A stretch of DNA of 64,000 nt, taken from the NCBI GenBank assembly GCA_951406725.2, contig OX597814.1, positions 168,454,001 to 168,518,000 on the forward strand. Direction: 5' to 3'. The stretch comes from Octopus vulgaris. Taxonomy: Eukaryota. Positions 37,080-49,381 of this stretch are shown one piece after another. Numbering within the stretch: position 1 is the first letter of the stretch; each line of letters opens with the position of its first letter. The position numbers and the translations under genes are program-made. The notes beneath the pieces are model-generated. The model did not search any database. It was not told where the DNA came from and saw nothing but the letters and a program-made list of their open reading frames with translations.

Positions 37080-38225
37080 TCTGTCAAATAACATTTCTGA
37101 TCAAGATTACTATTATGCACCAAGCATTACTATGATGGTTTGAAGGAACCTTCAGCAAATACTCATCGAAATTTCTAAACGATGGACTGTAATGTTTCAT
37201 GCAGACTTGATTATCTGCTCAGTTCTTTCTGCTGCATCTCTAGATTTTGGACTGTAGGAAGGACTTTCAAACTTCTTGTAATGATGTCACTTTAAGTAAT
37301 TCTTTAACCCTTTCATTACCATATTTATTTTGAGATGTTCTTCATTTCTTTCGATTACTTTAAATATAACAAAGAATTTAGCAAAATAAGTTAGTTATCA
37401 TTAAGCTAGTGTTAGGAACATAGATTGTGACTAAGGTTTAGTAGAAGATTTTAATTCAAAACTTATGAAAACGAGACATTTGTACTACAGAGCCAGAGCC
37501 AGTTTCAGCTGGGTTGGTAATGAAAAGGTTAATCAAATGACTTCTAGCCAGCGTCTGATAGCAATGGTATTGGAACACCAAACCTAGAGAACATGGATCA
37601 TTGACATTTTCTCACATTTTCTAAGCTTCCACTGGAACAGGGAAATGGTTTCAGTCTAAGAATTGGCTGAGTCAAATGTAATCAACACATTTTCAGCCTT
37701 TTATAGTTATTCCCATTGTATTTGAAGTTTTTCTAAGAACTGGGATTCAGACAACTTATCAGTGCAAGGGGTATCTTTACATTTGATTTTAGCACCACAT
37801 GTCACAAGATTTGATAAATTCTTCAGTATCTCTACTTATGTCCAACCAGCAAACAAGTTTTTGTTTTCTTCAGTGTTCTTTACATCATCTTTGGTTATAG
37901 ATCTGTTCAAGTGCAGAAACAAAATAGCCTGTTTTTACATCAATCTCTGCAGTTAGTTCAGAAAAGTGTCTGGTGAATTGTTATTCTAAAAGAGTTGGTC
38001 TAGACCAATCTTTTCACTTAATGAGATTGTTCAAGTAAAATTAAAATGACATATGTATTAAAATGATTTCTTTTATGGTTTCAGCAGTCTGAGTATCAAC
38101 AAAAACTAATTCATTTGTAACTGTGTCAAAATCTAATGTATTTGTAAAAAACACTATCAACCACCAGAGTATACTTCAGTCTGCTAAGAACATTAACATG
38201 ACTTATGGTTTTTACTGGGCTTCTG
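37080..38225 (-). pseudogene. Degraded Ty3/Gypsy pol remnant (end of RNase H plus integrase), interrupted by a MITE
   Basis: Minus-strand order: KTISHVNVLSRL, WLDISRDTEEFIKSCD (HHCC region), SMFSRFGVP...SDAG, then after the MITE SPSYSPKSRDAAERTEQIIK. Confidence 0.75.
37308..37528. mobile_element. piggyBac-type MITE (TTAA TSD)
   Basis: TTAA|ccctttcattacc ... ggtaatgaaaagg|TTAA. Same family as 16650-16868. Confidence 0.85.
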
Positions 38226-38227
38226 AG

Positions 38228-38415
38228 GGAGTAGAAGGATAACCGACAACTGATGAAGGGCCGTCTTTTTATGTTACTTGTCTTGTTTTCCATTTGTTTC
38301 TCTCGTTGTTTGCATACCCAACTTTATTTTTGTATTTCATGTTGTTTACGTTTTGTGACATCCTGTACCCATATATACATACCTATATACACATGTATGT
38401 ATGTATATATGCATA

Positions 38416-38446
<31 letters not shown>

Positions 38447-38462
38447 TATTTATATTATTATT
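38228..38462 (+). mobile_element. Diverged family D terminal fragment
   Basis: gagtagaag...ctgatgaaggg...tcctgtacccatatata resembles the reverse complement of 18279-18520 and ends in TA repeats. Confidence 0.55.
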
Positions 38463-38521
38463 TGATTGAATGCCACGCATCCATTTCCCAGTAAGTTTAT
38501 CTTAATATATATATATATATA

Positions 38522-38953
38522 GGCGCAGGAGTGGCTGTGTGGTAAGTAGCTTGCTAACCAACCACATGGTTCCGGGTTCAGTCCCACTGCGTGGCATCTT
38601 GGGCAAGTATCTTCTGCTATAGCCTCGGGCCGACCAATGCCTTGTGAGTGGATTTGGTAGACGGAAACTGAAAGAAGCCTGTCGTATATATGTATATATA
38701 TATATATATATATGTGTGTGTATGTGTTTGTGTGTGTATGTGTTTGTGTGTCTGTGTTTGTCCCCCTAGCATTGCTTGACAACTGATGCTGGTGTGTTTA
38801 CGTCCCTGTCACTTAGCGGTTCGGCAAAAGAGACTGATAGAATAAGTACTGGGCTTACAAAGAATAAGTCCCGGGGTCTATTTGCTCGACTAAAGGCGGT
38901 GCTCCAGCATGGCCGCAGTCAAATGACTGAAACAAGTAAAAGAGTAAAAGAGT
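38522..38953 (+). mobile_element. Full-length tRNA-derived SINE (family S1) with internal (TA)/(TG) tract
   Basis: A box tggctgtgtggt, B box gggttcagtccc, CORE-like cttgggcaagt, tail (gtaaaaga)n. Other copies at 10070(-), 19812, 41560(-), 44725(-), 46097, 46340(-), 48585(-), 49143 and 55583(-). Confidence 0.9.
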
Positions 38954-39744
38954 AATATGTATATATGTTGGTATGGGTTGTTCTTTATATAGAATATTTT
39001 AATATTCTAAATAATTGTTATTTTCAGAAACCATTTGGCTGACATGCTAAAAGGAAAAGAAAACAAGAAACATAAAAAAGAATCTAAAAACAAACCCATG
39101 ATATAACTAATTAGACTATTTTCTTTCTTTTCTCGTTTTCACTTTTAAATTTTCATTTTACTGCATTAAGATTTAATTTATGTATCTCATTATTTCCAGG
39201 CATTTAATTATCTCTAAATAGTTGGACTGCAAAAGAAAGAAGAGAATGTGGAAACAACATTGATTAAGTATTTTTATTTGTTCTCCTCCTACTTGATTTT
39301 TTTTGGTTTCTTTTATTCCTTCCTTCTATTAAATATTTTCATCTAATTAACTAGTATTTTTGATGAATATATACTGTTTTTGGTGACCAGGAAAATATAA
39401 CTTCGATAATATGATGTTTTTTGCTGGGTCTTGTTGCTGTTGATGTTGTTGTTGAGTCTAGAATCTAAACTGATAATTGCTCATTTATGTTAACATAAAG
39501 TTAGCAAAATATTATTTATTTTAAACGTTTTTTTTTTGTTTCTGCATTTGTGTTTTGTTTGTTACTCTGTGCACATAAGTCTATACATGTGTATGTGCGT
39601 GTATATATGTATTTATGTAAATACACATTCATATATATATACATATATATACATCTCTATATCTCTATATCTAAATCTATATCTATGTCTCTCTCTCTCT
39701 ATATATATATAAAAGAAAATAAGACAAGGTAGAAAATGCTAAAA

Positions 39745-40390
39745 TAATGACTAGGTTAGCAAAAGAGGGGGCCATTCTTATACCCATCGCAGTGCCTGAT
39801 TTTTGTCGATAGAAGTTGTCTTTGAAGACAAAGTAGTTATTCTCCAAGATGAATTTTCACCCTTCTATTGAAAATTATTTTTTGATGCAATGTGGGAGTT
39901 CATTGGTGTAATTTTCTAGCCAGAATTGAATTGCCTCTATTCTTAGGCTGTGGGGGATATTAGAATAGAGGTTGACTACATCGAAGGATACTAGTAGGGT
40001 GTTTTTGTCTGTTGTTTTAGGGAGATGATTGAGCATATCCAGGTCACCCCTCATGTAGCTTTTGATATGCTTGAAGAATGGTTTTAAGAGGGCATCTAAA
40101 AAGTTACTGAGGTGGTGGTTTTTGCATGTGGAACCTGCTATTATAGGTCTCGATTTGAGGTTATTAGGAGTAGGGACCTTGATTATTATGCTGTTGCTCT
40201 GAGTATCATTTGGTTCATGAACAGCATATTAGAAAGTTCAGATAATGGTTCTGTTTGCCTTTGTTTATACAATGAATAACTCAGAGATGTGGCTTTCATG
40301 CCATTTACATGCGGGAAGTTAAAGTTACACAGGAGGAGTATATTGATGTATTAGTCCAGGTCAGTCAATACCACTTCTTTGTGCCTGAGG
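39745..40390 (-). pseudogene. Penelope-type reverse transcriptase fragment
   Basis: Minus strand LKSRPIIAGSTC, KSYMRGDLDMLNHL, LLVSFDVVNLYSNIPH and FYRQKSGTAMGIRMAPSFANL, which are typical PLE RT motifs. Confidence 0.88.
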
Positions 40391-40747
40391 TTTCCCTCAA
40401 ATTTACCATCATACTTTGAGGCATTTGGTGAATATGTTGTGCATAAAACTAAATCAGTTTGAAAAAGGTAAAGTTACTTTCTCAAGTTATACCAACTCAT
40501 AAGGTCCAGTTTCCCAGTTTCATGGCTTATATATTCCCCACCTGGATGGGATGCCGGCCTGTCGCAGAATTACTCATTTTTGCCAGCTGAGTGAACTGGG
40601 TCAACATAAAGTGTAGTATTTTGCTCAAGAACACAACGCATCACCTGGCCCAGGTATTGAAACCACAATCTTATGTTCATGAGTCCAACACCCTAACCAC
40701 TAAGTCCCACACCTCCACAGATCAGTTTTCTTTATGTGTATTATTAA

Positions 40748-40966
40748 CTCTTTAGAGTTCAAGTTATCCTATCAAACGTAATGCTTATTAATTCACATTG
40801 TTTTGAATTAATCATGCATTATCTCATATCCTTGAGATTTCGATAATGTGATTGTTTAATGTAGAATAACATTGAAAGGTATGTGTGAGAACCTGGATCT
40901 AATCAGTTTGAACATAAAACAAATGGGAAATTTTGGCTGGATATAGCTGGTTTAAATGCTAAAGGG
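40748..40966. mobile_element. piggyBac-type MITE, second family
   Basis: TTAA|ctctttagagtt ... aatgctaaaggg|TTAA. Related to 6325-6880. Confidence 0.75.
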
Positions 40967-42721
40967 TTAAAGTGTTACAAACTGAATTTCAGTGTGACAA
41001 CAGTACTTGAGGTGTGACAACTTTATGGATGTACATGACAACTCCACCCTGATTTCTTTCTCTTTTGTTTGTACAAAATATTTCATGCTCTGGTAAGCAT
41101 ATTTCCATTTACTATGTTAGAGATATGATGCATTTCTTATTTCTTTACTGACCACAAGGGGCTACACACAGAGGGGACAAACAAGGACAGACAAACAGAT
41201 TAAGTCGATTACATCGACCCCAGTGTGCAACTGGTATTTAATTTATTGAACCCGAAAGGATGAAAGGCAAAGTCGACCTCAGCAGAATTTGAACACAGAA
41301 TGTAGCAGCAGACGAAATGCTGCTAAGCATTTTGCCCAGCGTGCTAATGTTTCTGCCAGCTCGTGCCTTCAATGATGCATTTCTATGAGTGCCATGCATA
41401 TTGGCTTACGGCATGCAGCAAGGTTTTTCAGATGGAGAAGAATTATACTTTTGTTACTAAGTTGTGATAGACCTCCAATATCAGTGGCATATATTCTGAG
41501 TGTGCTAGGTATGCCCTGTAGACCCATCGAAAATGGCAAATTCATTATAAATACTAACCTTACTCTTTTACTTGTTTCAGTCATTTGACTGCGGCCATGC
41601 TGGAGCACCGCCTTTAGTCAAGCAATTCAACCCCAGAACTTATTGTTTGGAAGCCTAGTACTTATTCTATTGGTCTCCTTTTGCTGAACTGCTAAGTTAC
41701 GGGGACATAAACACACCACCATCGGTTGTCAAGCGATGTTGGGGGGGACAAACAAAGACACACAAACATATACACACACATACATTTATATATACATATA
41801 TACAATGGGCCAGTTTCCGTCTACTAAATCCACTCACAAGGCTTTGGTTGGCCCAAGACTATAGTAGAAGACACTTGCCCAAGGTGCCACGCAGTGGGAA
41901 TGAACCCAGAACCATGTGGTTGGTAGGCAAGCTACTTACCACACAGCCACTCCTGCGCCTAGCTACATACCACACAGCAACTCCTCTGCCTTAATCTAAT
42001 CACAAATCTTAATGAAAAACTTTTGTTATGCCTCTACTTTAAATTTGGTGGCAGTGGATGTGGCAGCACAGCCAATGCAACAACCACCATATGCTCCTGA
42101 AGGATATGGGTTTGAGATCTGGGTAGGAGTCACTGGTATTAGTGGTGATCACCCTATATCTGTCACCAGTGGTGGTCTTATGTATTGATATGCATGAGTT
42201 TGATTCAGCATCTTTTGCAGCTATGCCAGATGCCAAAATATCTTCTGGGGATGAACTCAAAAAAGTTTTCTGCTTGTTAGATGTAACTTGCACAGCCTCT
42301 GCATATTGTCTTTCTTTCAATATTTAATTTTGCTTGCAATAGCCAGTTCTTTTAGTCAAACTATCATATCTCCAGCTTCTTCAAATGCCAAGATATGATA
42401 ATTGGCAAAGTGTAGTACAGTTGGTTTTAGCATTATTCAAAAGTGTAGGAAGTCTCACATATGACAGCTTTGTAAAAATATTTCTGACTGAAAATATCAT
42501 ACATGCTAGTAGATTTTCTTATCATGAACGACAAATGTGGGTTCAGTAAAATAAAGCAGTAATCATGTTCTATGGACACGAATATGTCTTTTGAGGCCTG
42601 CTGGTACCTTGCAAACATTTTGGCAAATGGAACAAGTTGAGGATTCAATATGCTTGAGTCCTTGTGGATCACTTACTATGCATTTTCTTGAGTGGACGGT
42701 AAGGCCTGCTTCGCTTTGTGC

Positions 42722-42901
42722 CACACACACACACACTCACACACACATATATATATTACACACACCATACACACACACACACACACACACATCTTCTGAG
42801 ACTCAACAAGATATATATGTACATACACACATGCACACACACATCTTCTGAGACTCAACAAGATATATATGTACACACACACAAGCACACACACACATAC
42901 A

Positions 42902-42948
<47 letters not shown>

Positions 42949-42961
42949 ACACAAACACACA

Positions 42962-43030
<69 letters not shown>
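42722..43030. repeat. (CA)n tract containing a ~52-bp tandem duplication
   Basis: acatcttctgagactcaacaagatatatatgtaca occurs at ~42789 and 42841. Confidence 0.95.
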
Positions 43031-43032
<2 letters not shown>

Positions 43033-43924
43033 CAAATATAAGCAGTTCATTATAGCTTATGTTTTTTGAAATGAAATGAAATATGTAGAATATCTGCATT
43101 TGCTTGAAACTTTATTATATTTATTTGTTTTACACACACACACAAACAAACACAAATACACACACACAAACAAACACACACAAACACAAACACACAGAAT
43201 GGCTAAATACAAATAAAAGTTACTTTATAAAAATAACGTTCATTTTCCTCAACATCATTTTTCACATTATTCCAGAGAGTATTTTCTTAAAGAAGAAAAA
43301 TAATTTACAAAATGAAAAACATCTCTAATTTAATTATATAGCTGATAAAATAAGTATTCAGGGAAAAGCAAGAGATATGGAAGGAGTGAAAAAGAAAGAG
43401 AGAGATGGGATGGGAGTAAAATAAACTGGAATTTTAAAGATGGATAACCAAAATACAAATATTTAATTTCTCATATCTTCTGATAACAAATTCTTGTTTT
43501 ATTTTGTAGAAAATTTGGCAGTTGTGAACAGTTTGGTTTCATCAGGTGAATTTATGAGTTCACTAGATATTTGAAACTTTTAATTATTTCTGTAAAAACA
43601 AATTAAACAGATATCATATTTAGGAAAATGAAAAATAATGATCTTGCGTTGACATAAAATTATATTTTTCCTAAGAGGAATATTGTTATTATTATGTATT
43701 ATTGAAATCTATTAATAACTAATAATGGTGCCTGACCTTCCTCAGATTTATTAATACCAGGAATAAATATGATCATATGAATTCACTATATTTGGGATAA
43801 ACTGCTTTAGAAAAAGATGATGATGCTCTTCAGATGATTTAAGAATGTTGATTCATTCAAAATTCACTGCATATGCTGGCAATTCAGAAGATGGTTTGAG
43901 TTGAGTTCCATAAAAACGAACCAA

Positions 43925-43989
<65 letters not shown>

Positions 43990-45100
43990 CCACCACCACC
44001 ACCACCACCACCACCACCACAACCGCCACCACCACCACCACCGCCGCCGCCGCTGCCGCCGCTGCCACCACCATCACCACCATCAACAACAACAGCAACA
44101 TTTAACGTCTGTTTTTCATGCTAGCATGGGTTGGACGGTTTGACAGAAACTGACCAGCACCAGGCTCCAATTGTCAGTTAAACAAACATGGACTCTAAAA
44201 GTCATAAAACCTACGGTACTTCTCCTAAAGAAAGTCTTTAGTCTCAGGAGTTCAGTCCCACTATGTGGCACCTTAGCCCTGTGTCACCCAAAGCCTTGTG
44301 AGTAGATTTGATTGACAGAAACTGAAGGAAGCCTCTTGTATGTATGTATGCATGTATGCATGCTTGTATGTATGTATGCATGCATGTATGTATGTATGTA
44401 TGTATGTATGTATGTATGTATGTATGTATGTATGTATGCATGCATGTATATGTGTGTGTGCATGTATGCATGTATGTGTGTGTGTCTCCTTCTGCTATCA
44501 CATGATAGTTGTAAATATTGTCACAGACATATAAGCAATATCATTCATTTCTAGTATTCTGCAAAATAGTGTCTGGCCATGGGAAAATATGATGTTGCAT
44601 AGAAACAGATAAGAGATGCCAACTGGAAATCTGCCTCCATAAACTCTGTCTGACCCATAAAAGCATAGGAAAGGAATGTTAAAATGATGATGCTTACACT
44701 TCCACACACACACACAGATATATATACTCTTTTACTCTTTTATTGTGGCCATGCTGGAGCACTGACATAAAGGGTTTTTTTTTTGTAGTTGAAGAAATCG
44801 ACTGCCAGGACTTCTTCTTTGTAAGCCTAGTACTTTATTCTATCAGTCTATTTCACTGAACCGCTAAGTTTTAGGGACATAAACACACCAACATTGGTCA
44901 TCAAACACAAACACAGACACAAAGATATACATTGAACTCGTGACTCTACGATTGCGAGCGGAATCCCTAACCACTAAGCTGCACACCTTCACACACACAT
45001 ATATCATCATCATCATCATCATCATATAGTCATATATATATTCAATATATATATATATATATGTATTCAATATATTTATATATTATATATATATATATAT

Positions 45101-46085
45101 AATAAAATATATGCATATATATAAACATATATGTACGTACCTACCTCTACATGTACATATACACGCATATATGTGTACAGGACACCAAAAGGACGTCGAA
45201 CACATAGAGAGACGAAAAACATAGACACAAACCAAGGAACAAGACAAGCAAAAAAAGGAAATACAGGACAATAAGCACAACGAAAAATCCCCTTCTTCAG
45301 TCGCTAAAGTTTCATCTACTAAACGTTTCGAAGGATAAAAGCGAGACGTATACTTCGAATGAAAAATTCCTTCCTGCGAAAAGCAAATCAATTAAAATTC
45401 TGAGATCTTGTCGCAGAGGGGTAAAAAAAAGGCAAGACGGTAACGACAGTACAAACATATAAACAGTAAAAAATATATATATAAACAGTGGAAAAATAAA
45501 TATATAACAGTGAGAGACAGGACAAGGAGAACAAGATAAGAAGGGCTGTTAACGCCAGACGAAAAAAGTATTGCAAACGCTGGATTATAGTGGACGACGA
45601 GAGAGGAAGATGTCGACCAGTGGCCTTAGAAGGCAGGCGAAACAGGACGGGATAGCAGTTACGACGGAAGTACGTCACAGATGGACGACGGGAATGGGGG
45701 AGGAGGAGCAAGAGGAAGAGAGAGAAGAAGGGGAATGGTGTGAGGAGACCATGAAGAACAGTGAGGGGGAGAGAGAGAGGAAGAGACAAGTTAAGTGAGG
45801 GAAAAAAGACGAAAAAGGGAATGGGAGAGAAAGAAAGAAAGATGCAGAGTCGCGTGAGAGTTAATATCAAGGCGAACTTGATAAACAGAACAATCTTACT
45901 TAATAGGGTGCGTGCGTTTAGTCGTATAATATGTTAATAAAATATATGCATATATATAAACATATATGTACGTACCTACCTCTACATGTACATATACACG
46001 CATATATGTGTACAGGACACCAAAAGGACGTCGAACACATAGAGAGACGAAAAACATAGACACAAACCAAGGAACAAGACAAGCA
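45101..46085 (-). mobile_element. Family D: ~835-bp non-coding unit plus an identical 150-bp partial tandem copy, abutting (TA)n
   Basis: 45101-45250 is identical to 45936-46085 (direct repeat). Locally CpG-rich, so probably young. Partial-tandem architecture as in PLE pseudo-LTRs. Confidence 0.7.
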
Positions 46086-46304
46086 TATTGAAAATATATG
46101 TGGCTGTGTGGTAAGAAGCTTGCTCCTCAACCACATGGTTCTAGGTTCAGTCCCACTGCATGGCACCTTCGGTAAATGTCTACTACTATAACCTCGGACC
46201 TTGAGAGTGGATTTGGTAGACGGAAACTGAAAGAGGCCTGTCATATATATATAAAGGCGGTGCTCCAGCATGGCCACAGTCAAATGACTGAAACGAGTAA
46301 AAGA

Positions 46305-46344
<40 letters not shown>

Positions 46345-48620
46345 TCCAGCACTTTGTCGAACCGCTAACTTACGGGGACGTAAACACACCAGCATCGGTT
46401 GTCAAGCAATATTGGGGGGACAAACACAGACACACAAACATATACACACACACATACATACATATATATACATATATACGACGGGTTTCTTTCAGTTTCC
46501 GTCTATGAAGTCCACTCACAAGGTTTTGGTCGGCCTGAGGCTATAGTAGAAGACACTTGCCCAAGGTGCCACACAGTGGGATTGAACCCAGCCACTCCTA
46601 TAAATATATATATTTCACTGTGCATATGTACGTACTACAAGCTTTCATACAATTTATGTTTTCTAGCTTTCGCTTTCACTCAAAGCAATTTGATCAACCC
46701 AAAGCTATAGAAGAGGACAATTGTGCAAGGTGTTCTACACAGCAGGGTTGAACACAAACCCACATAGTAACAAAGTATAGTGTTTTAGCACACAACTATG
46801 CCTACTCCAGTATTATTGATATATTTATTACTGATAAATTTAGCCATATAAACTTTCCATTGATATGAAAACAAACATGTGTGTTAAGATTTGTAAAAGT
46901 TTTACCAATTTATTCATACGGCAGCAGAATAAAATTATGTATAGTTGATATGTTAATTCCATTCCATAGTTGATTGTTTACTTCTTGATGTAAAGTGAAA
47001 AATAATGGATAACATCTCTCAAGCTGGAAGTGATATGTATATAATAAAAATGTTCTCTAAGACTGCACCATCAATATTCCTATGTGAACTCTTAAACCAT
47101 CTCAAGAATGAAATACTTAAGAAAAAATACACTTTCAAAAGATATTATGTCATATGGGTCTCTTAAACCTGCCAACCATATAGTTTTCAAAATAACTGTG
47201 GAATTTCCAAGGGTACTAGTATATAGTTAATTCAAACAGTGGAATATATTTTATGTTGTGAAGAAGAAATTTTATTTTTATCAATACAAAACATCACTAG
47301 TTTCCTTGGATTATATTATTTTACTGTCTGTTTTATAGTTTGTTGTGTTCCTCTTCCACAGAAACATTTGTCTATTACGCAGTGTTATCTGTTGTTCAAC
47401 AAACAAAACCACATTCTAATTTAATCTGTTGCTCTCCCAGTAAAATTACTTTTTCTGTTGTACAACTGGCTATACTACTGTGAAAGCAAATCTAAAATCT
47501 ATCTTACAAAAGATTTCATTAGGGGTAAAATGTCAGACATGAAAATGATATTAATACAATTTAATTTAAAACAAGTGTTTCTCTCAAAATACAATGAAGG
47601 GAAAAAAAAGTGGATATCTTTTTTTTTTTACCAATAAAACTTAACTCTTGTAAATAAAAATGTTCAGTTTGTATCGATAAAAAAATGAGACAGTAAATAT
47701 AATAAGTATGTGAATTGGAATATTTCTTGTGTTAGTGGAAATTGCCAGAAATTATTACCTAGATAGTATGTATGGTTATGATTGTGTAAGTTGCCTTAAG
47801 ATATTTCGAATTAATAATGATGATAAAGAGTCTCTTGACCTGTAGACCTTCAATAAAACAAAGATGTTGTACTAATTTGAATTACATAAATAAGTCTTTT
47901 TTATTATTTTTATTTTTGTTTTACACTATGTTTCAATCGTTTATAGACTCACATCTTATACATTTACTTCTTTTCTCATATATATATGCTAACTTGCCTT
48001 AAGCTGGCTTTAAAATCTTAAGCTTTATGTCTAATGCTAGGTTTCAACTTGTTAACAGGTATATGTTATCTCTTGATTGGTACACTTTTGATAAAACAAA
48101 GGTGCTGTACTAATTCGAATTATTTTAATTTGTTTTTTTGTTATTTTTGTTTTTATGTTTTACACCATCGTCATCATCGTTTAACGTCTGTTTTCCATGC
48201 TAGCATGGGTTGGACAGTTCGACCGGAAGCCAGGAGGCTGCACCAGGCTCCAGTCTGATCCGGCAGTGTTTCTACAACTGGATGCCCTTCCTAATGCCAA
48301 CCACTCTGAGAGTGTAGTGGGTGCTTTTTATGTGCCACTGGCACAGGTGCCACATCATTTAATGCCTGTTGTCTATGTTGGCATGAGTTTGACAGTTTGA
48401 CCAGAGCCAGCAAGCAGTGAGTTGCACCTGACTCCAGTCTGATTTGGCCTGGTTTCTACAGCTGGATGCCCTTCCTAATGCCAACCACTTTACAGAGTGT
48501 ACTGAATGCTTTTGTGTGGAACTGCACAGGTGCTTTTACATGACACCACATGGGTCTTTGGTTACAAGTTCAACTCTTACACCTCTTATATTTCACTTAT
48601 TTCAATCATTGGACTGTGGC

Positions 48621-48695
48621 ACTGCCTTGGAGGATTTTGCCTTGGAGGACACTGCCTTGGAGGACACTGCCATGGAGGACACTGCCTTGGATGAT
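48621..48695. repeat. 15-bp minisatellite (actgccttggaggac) x5 inside an S1 SINE
   Basis: Directly visible tandem units. Confidence 0.9.
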
Positions 48696-49302
48696 TTTAA
48701 TTGAATAAATCAACCTCTGTATTTATGTTTTTTTTTTAAAGTCTAGTACTTATTCTAATGGTCTCTTTTGGCAAACCACTAAGTTACAGAGATGTAAACA
48801 AACCAACACCGGTTGTCAATCAAAAACACAAACACTAACACGCTCATAAACATACATACACACAATGGGCTTCTTCACATTTTCTATTTATTAAGTTCAC
48901 TCACAAGGCTTTGATCAGCCAGAGGCTATAGGAAACACTTGCCCAAGATGCCACACTGTGGAATTGAACCCAAAACCATGTGGTCACAAAGTAGCCTTCT
49001 TAACCATTCAGTCATGTCAGTACCTACCTCAAATACAATTTCATATTTAAGCCCAGCTTAAGGCAAGTATATATATTTTTATTTCTAAGTTTATCTCTCA
49101 GAGCCAGTACTAAAGGTTATAATGCTTTGTATACAAATATGATGCAGGAGTGGCTGTGTGGTAAGAAGTTTGCTTCCTAACCACATGATTCCAGGTTCAG
49201 TCCCACTGTGTGGCACCATGGTCAAGTATCTTCTACTAAAGCCTTGGGCTGACCAAAGCCTTCTGTATGGATTTGGTAGATAGAAACTGAAAGAAGCCTG
49301 TC

Positions 49303-49381
<79 letters not shown>

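Noticed and set aside
38522-38600. tRNA-like A and B boxes
   Set aside because: These are SINE heads continuous with SINE bodies, not tRNA genes.
42039-42672. Coding-like complexity on the minus strand
   Set aside because: No motif I can assign. Possibly an old transposon fragment.
48621-48695. Regular short repeats that could suggest a CRISPR array
   Set aside because: Head-to-tail 15-mers without spacers, inside a SINE, in eukaryotic DNA.
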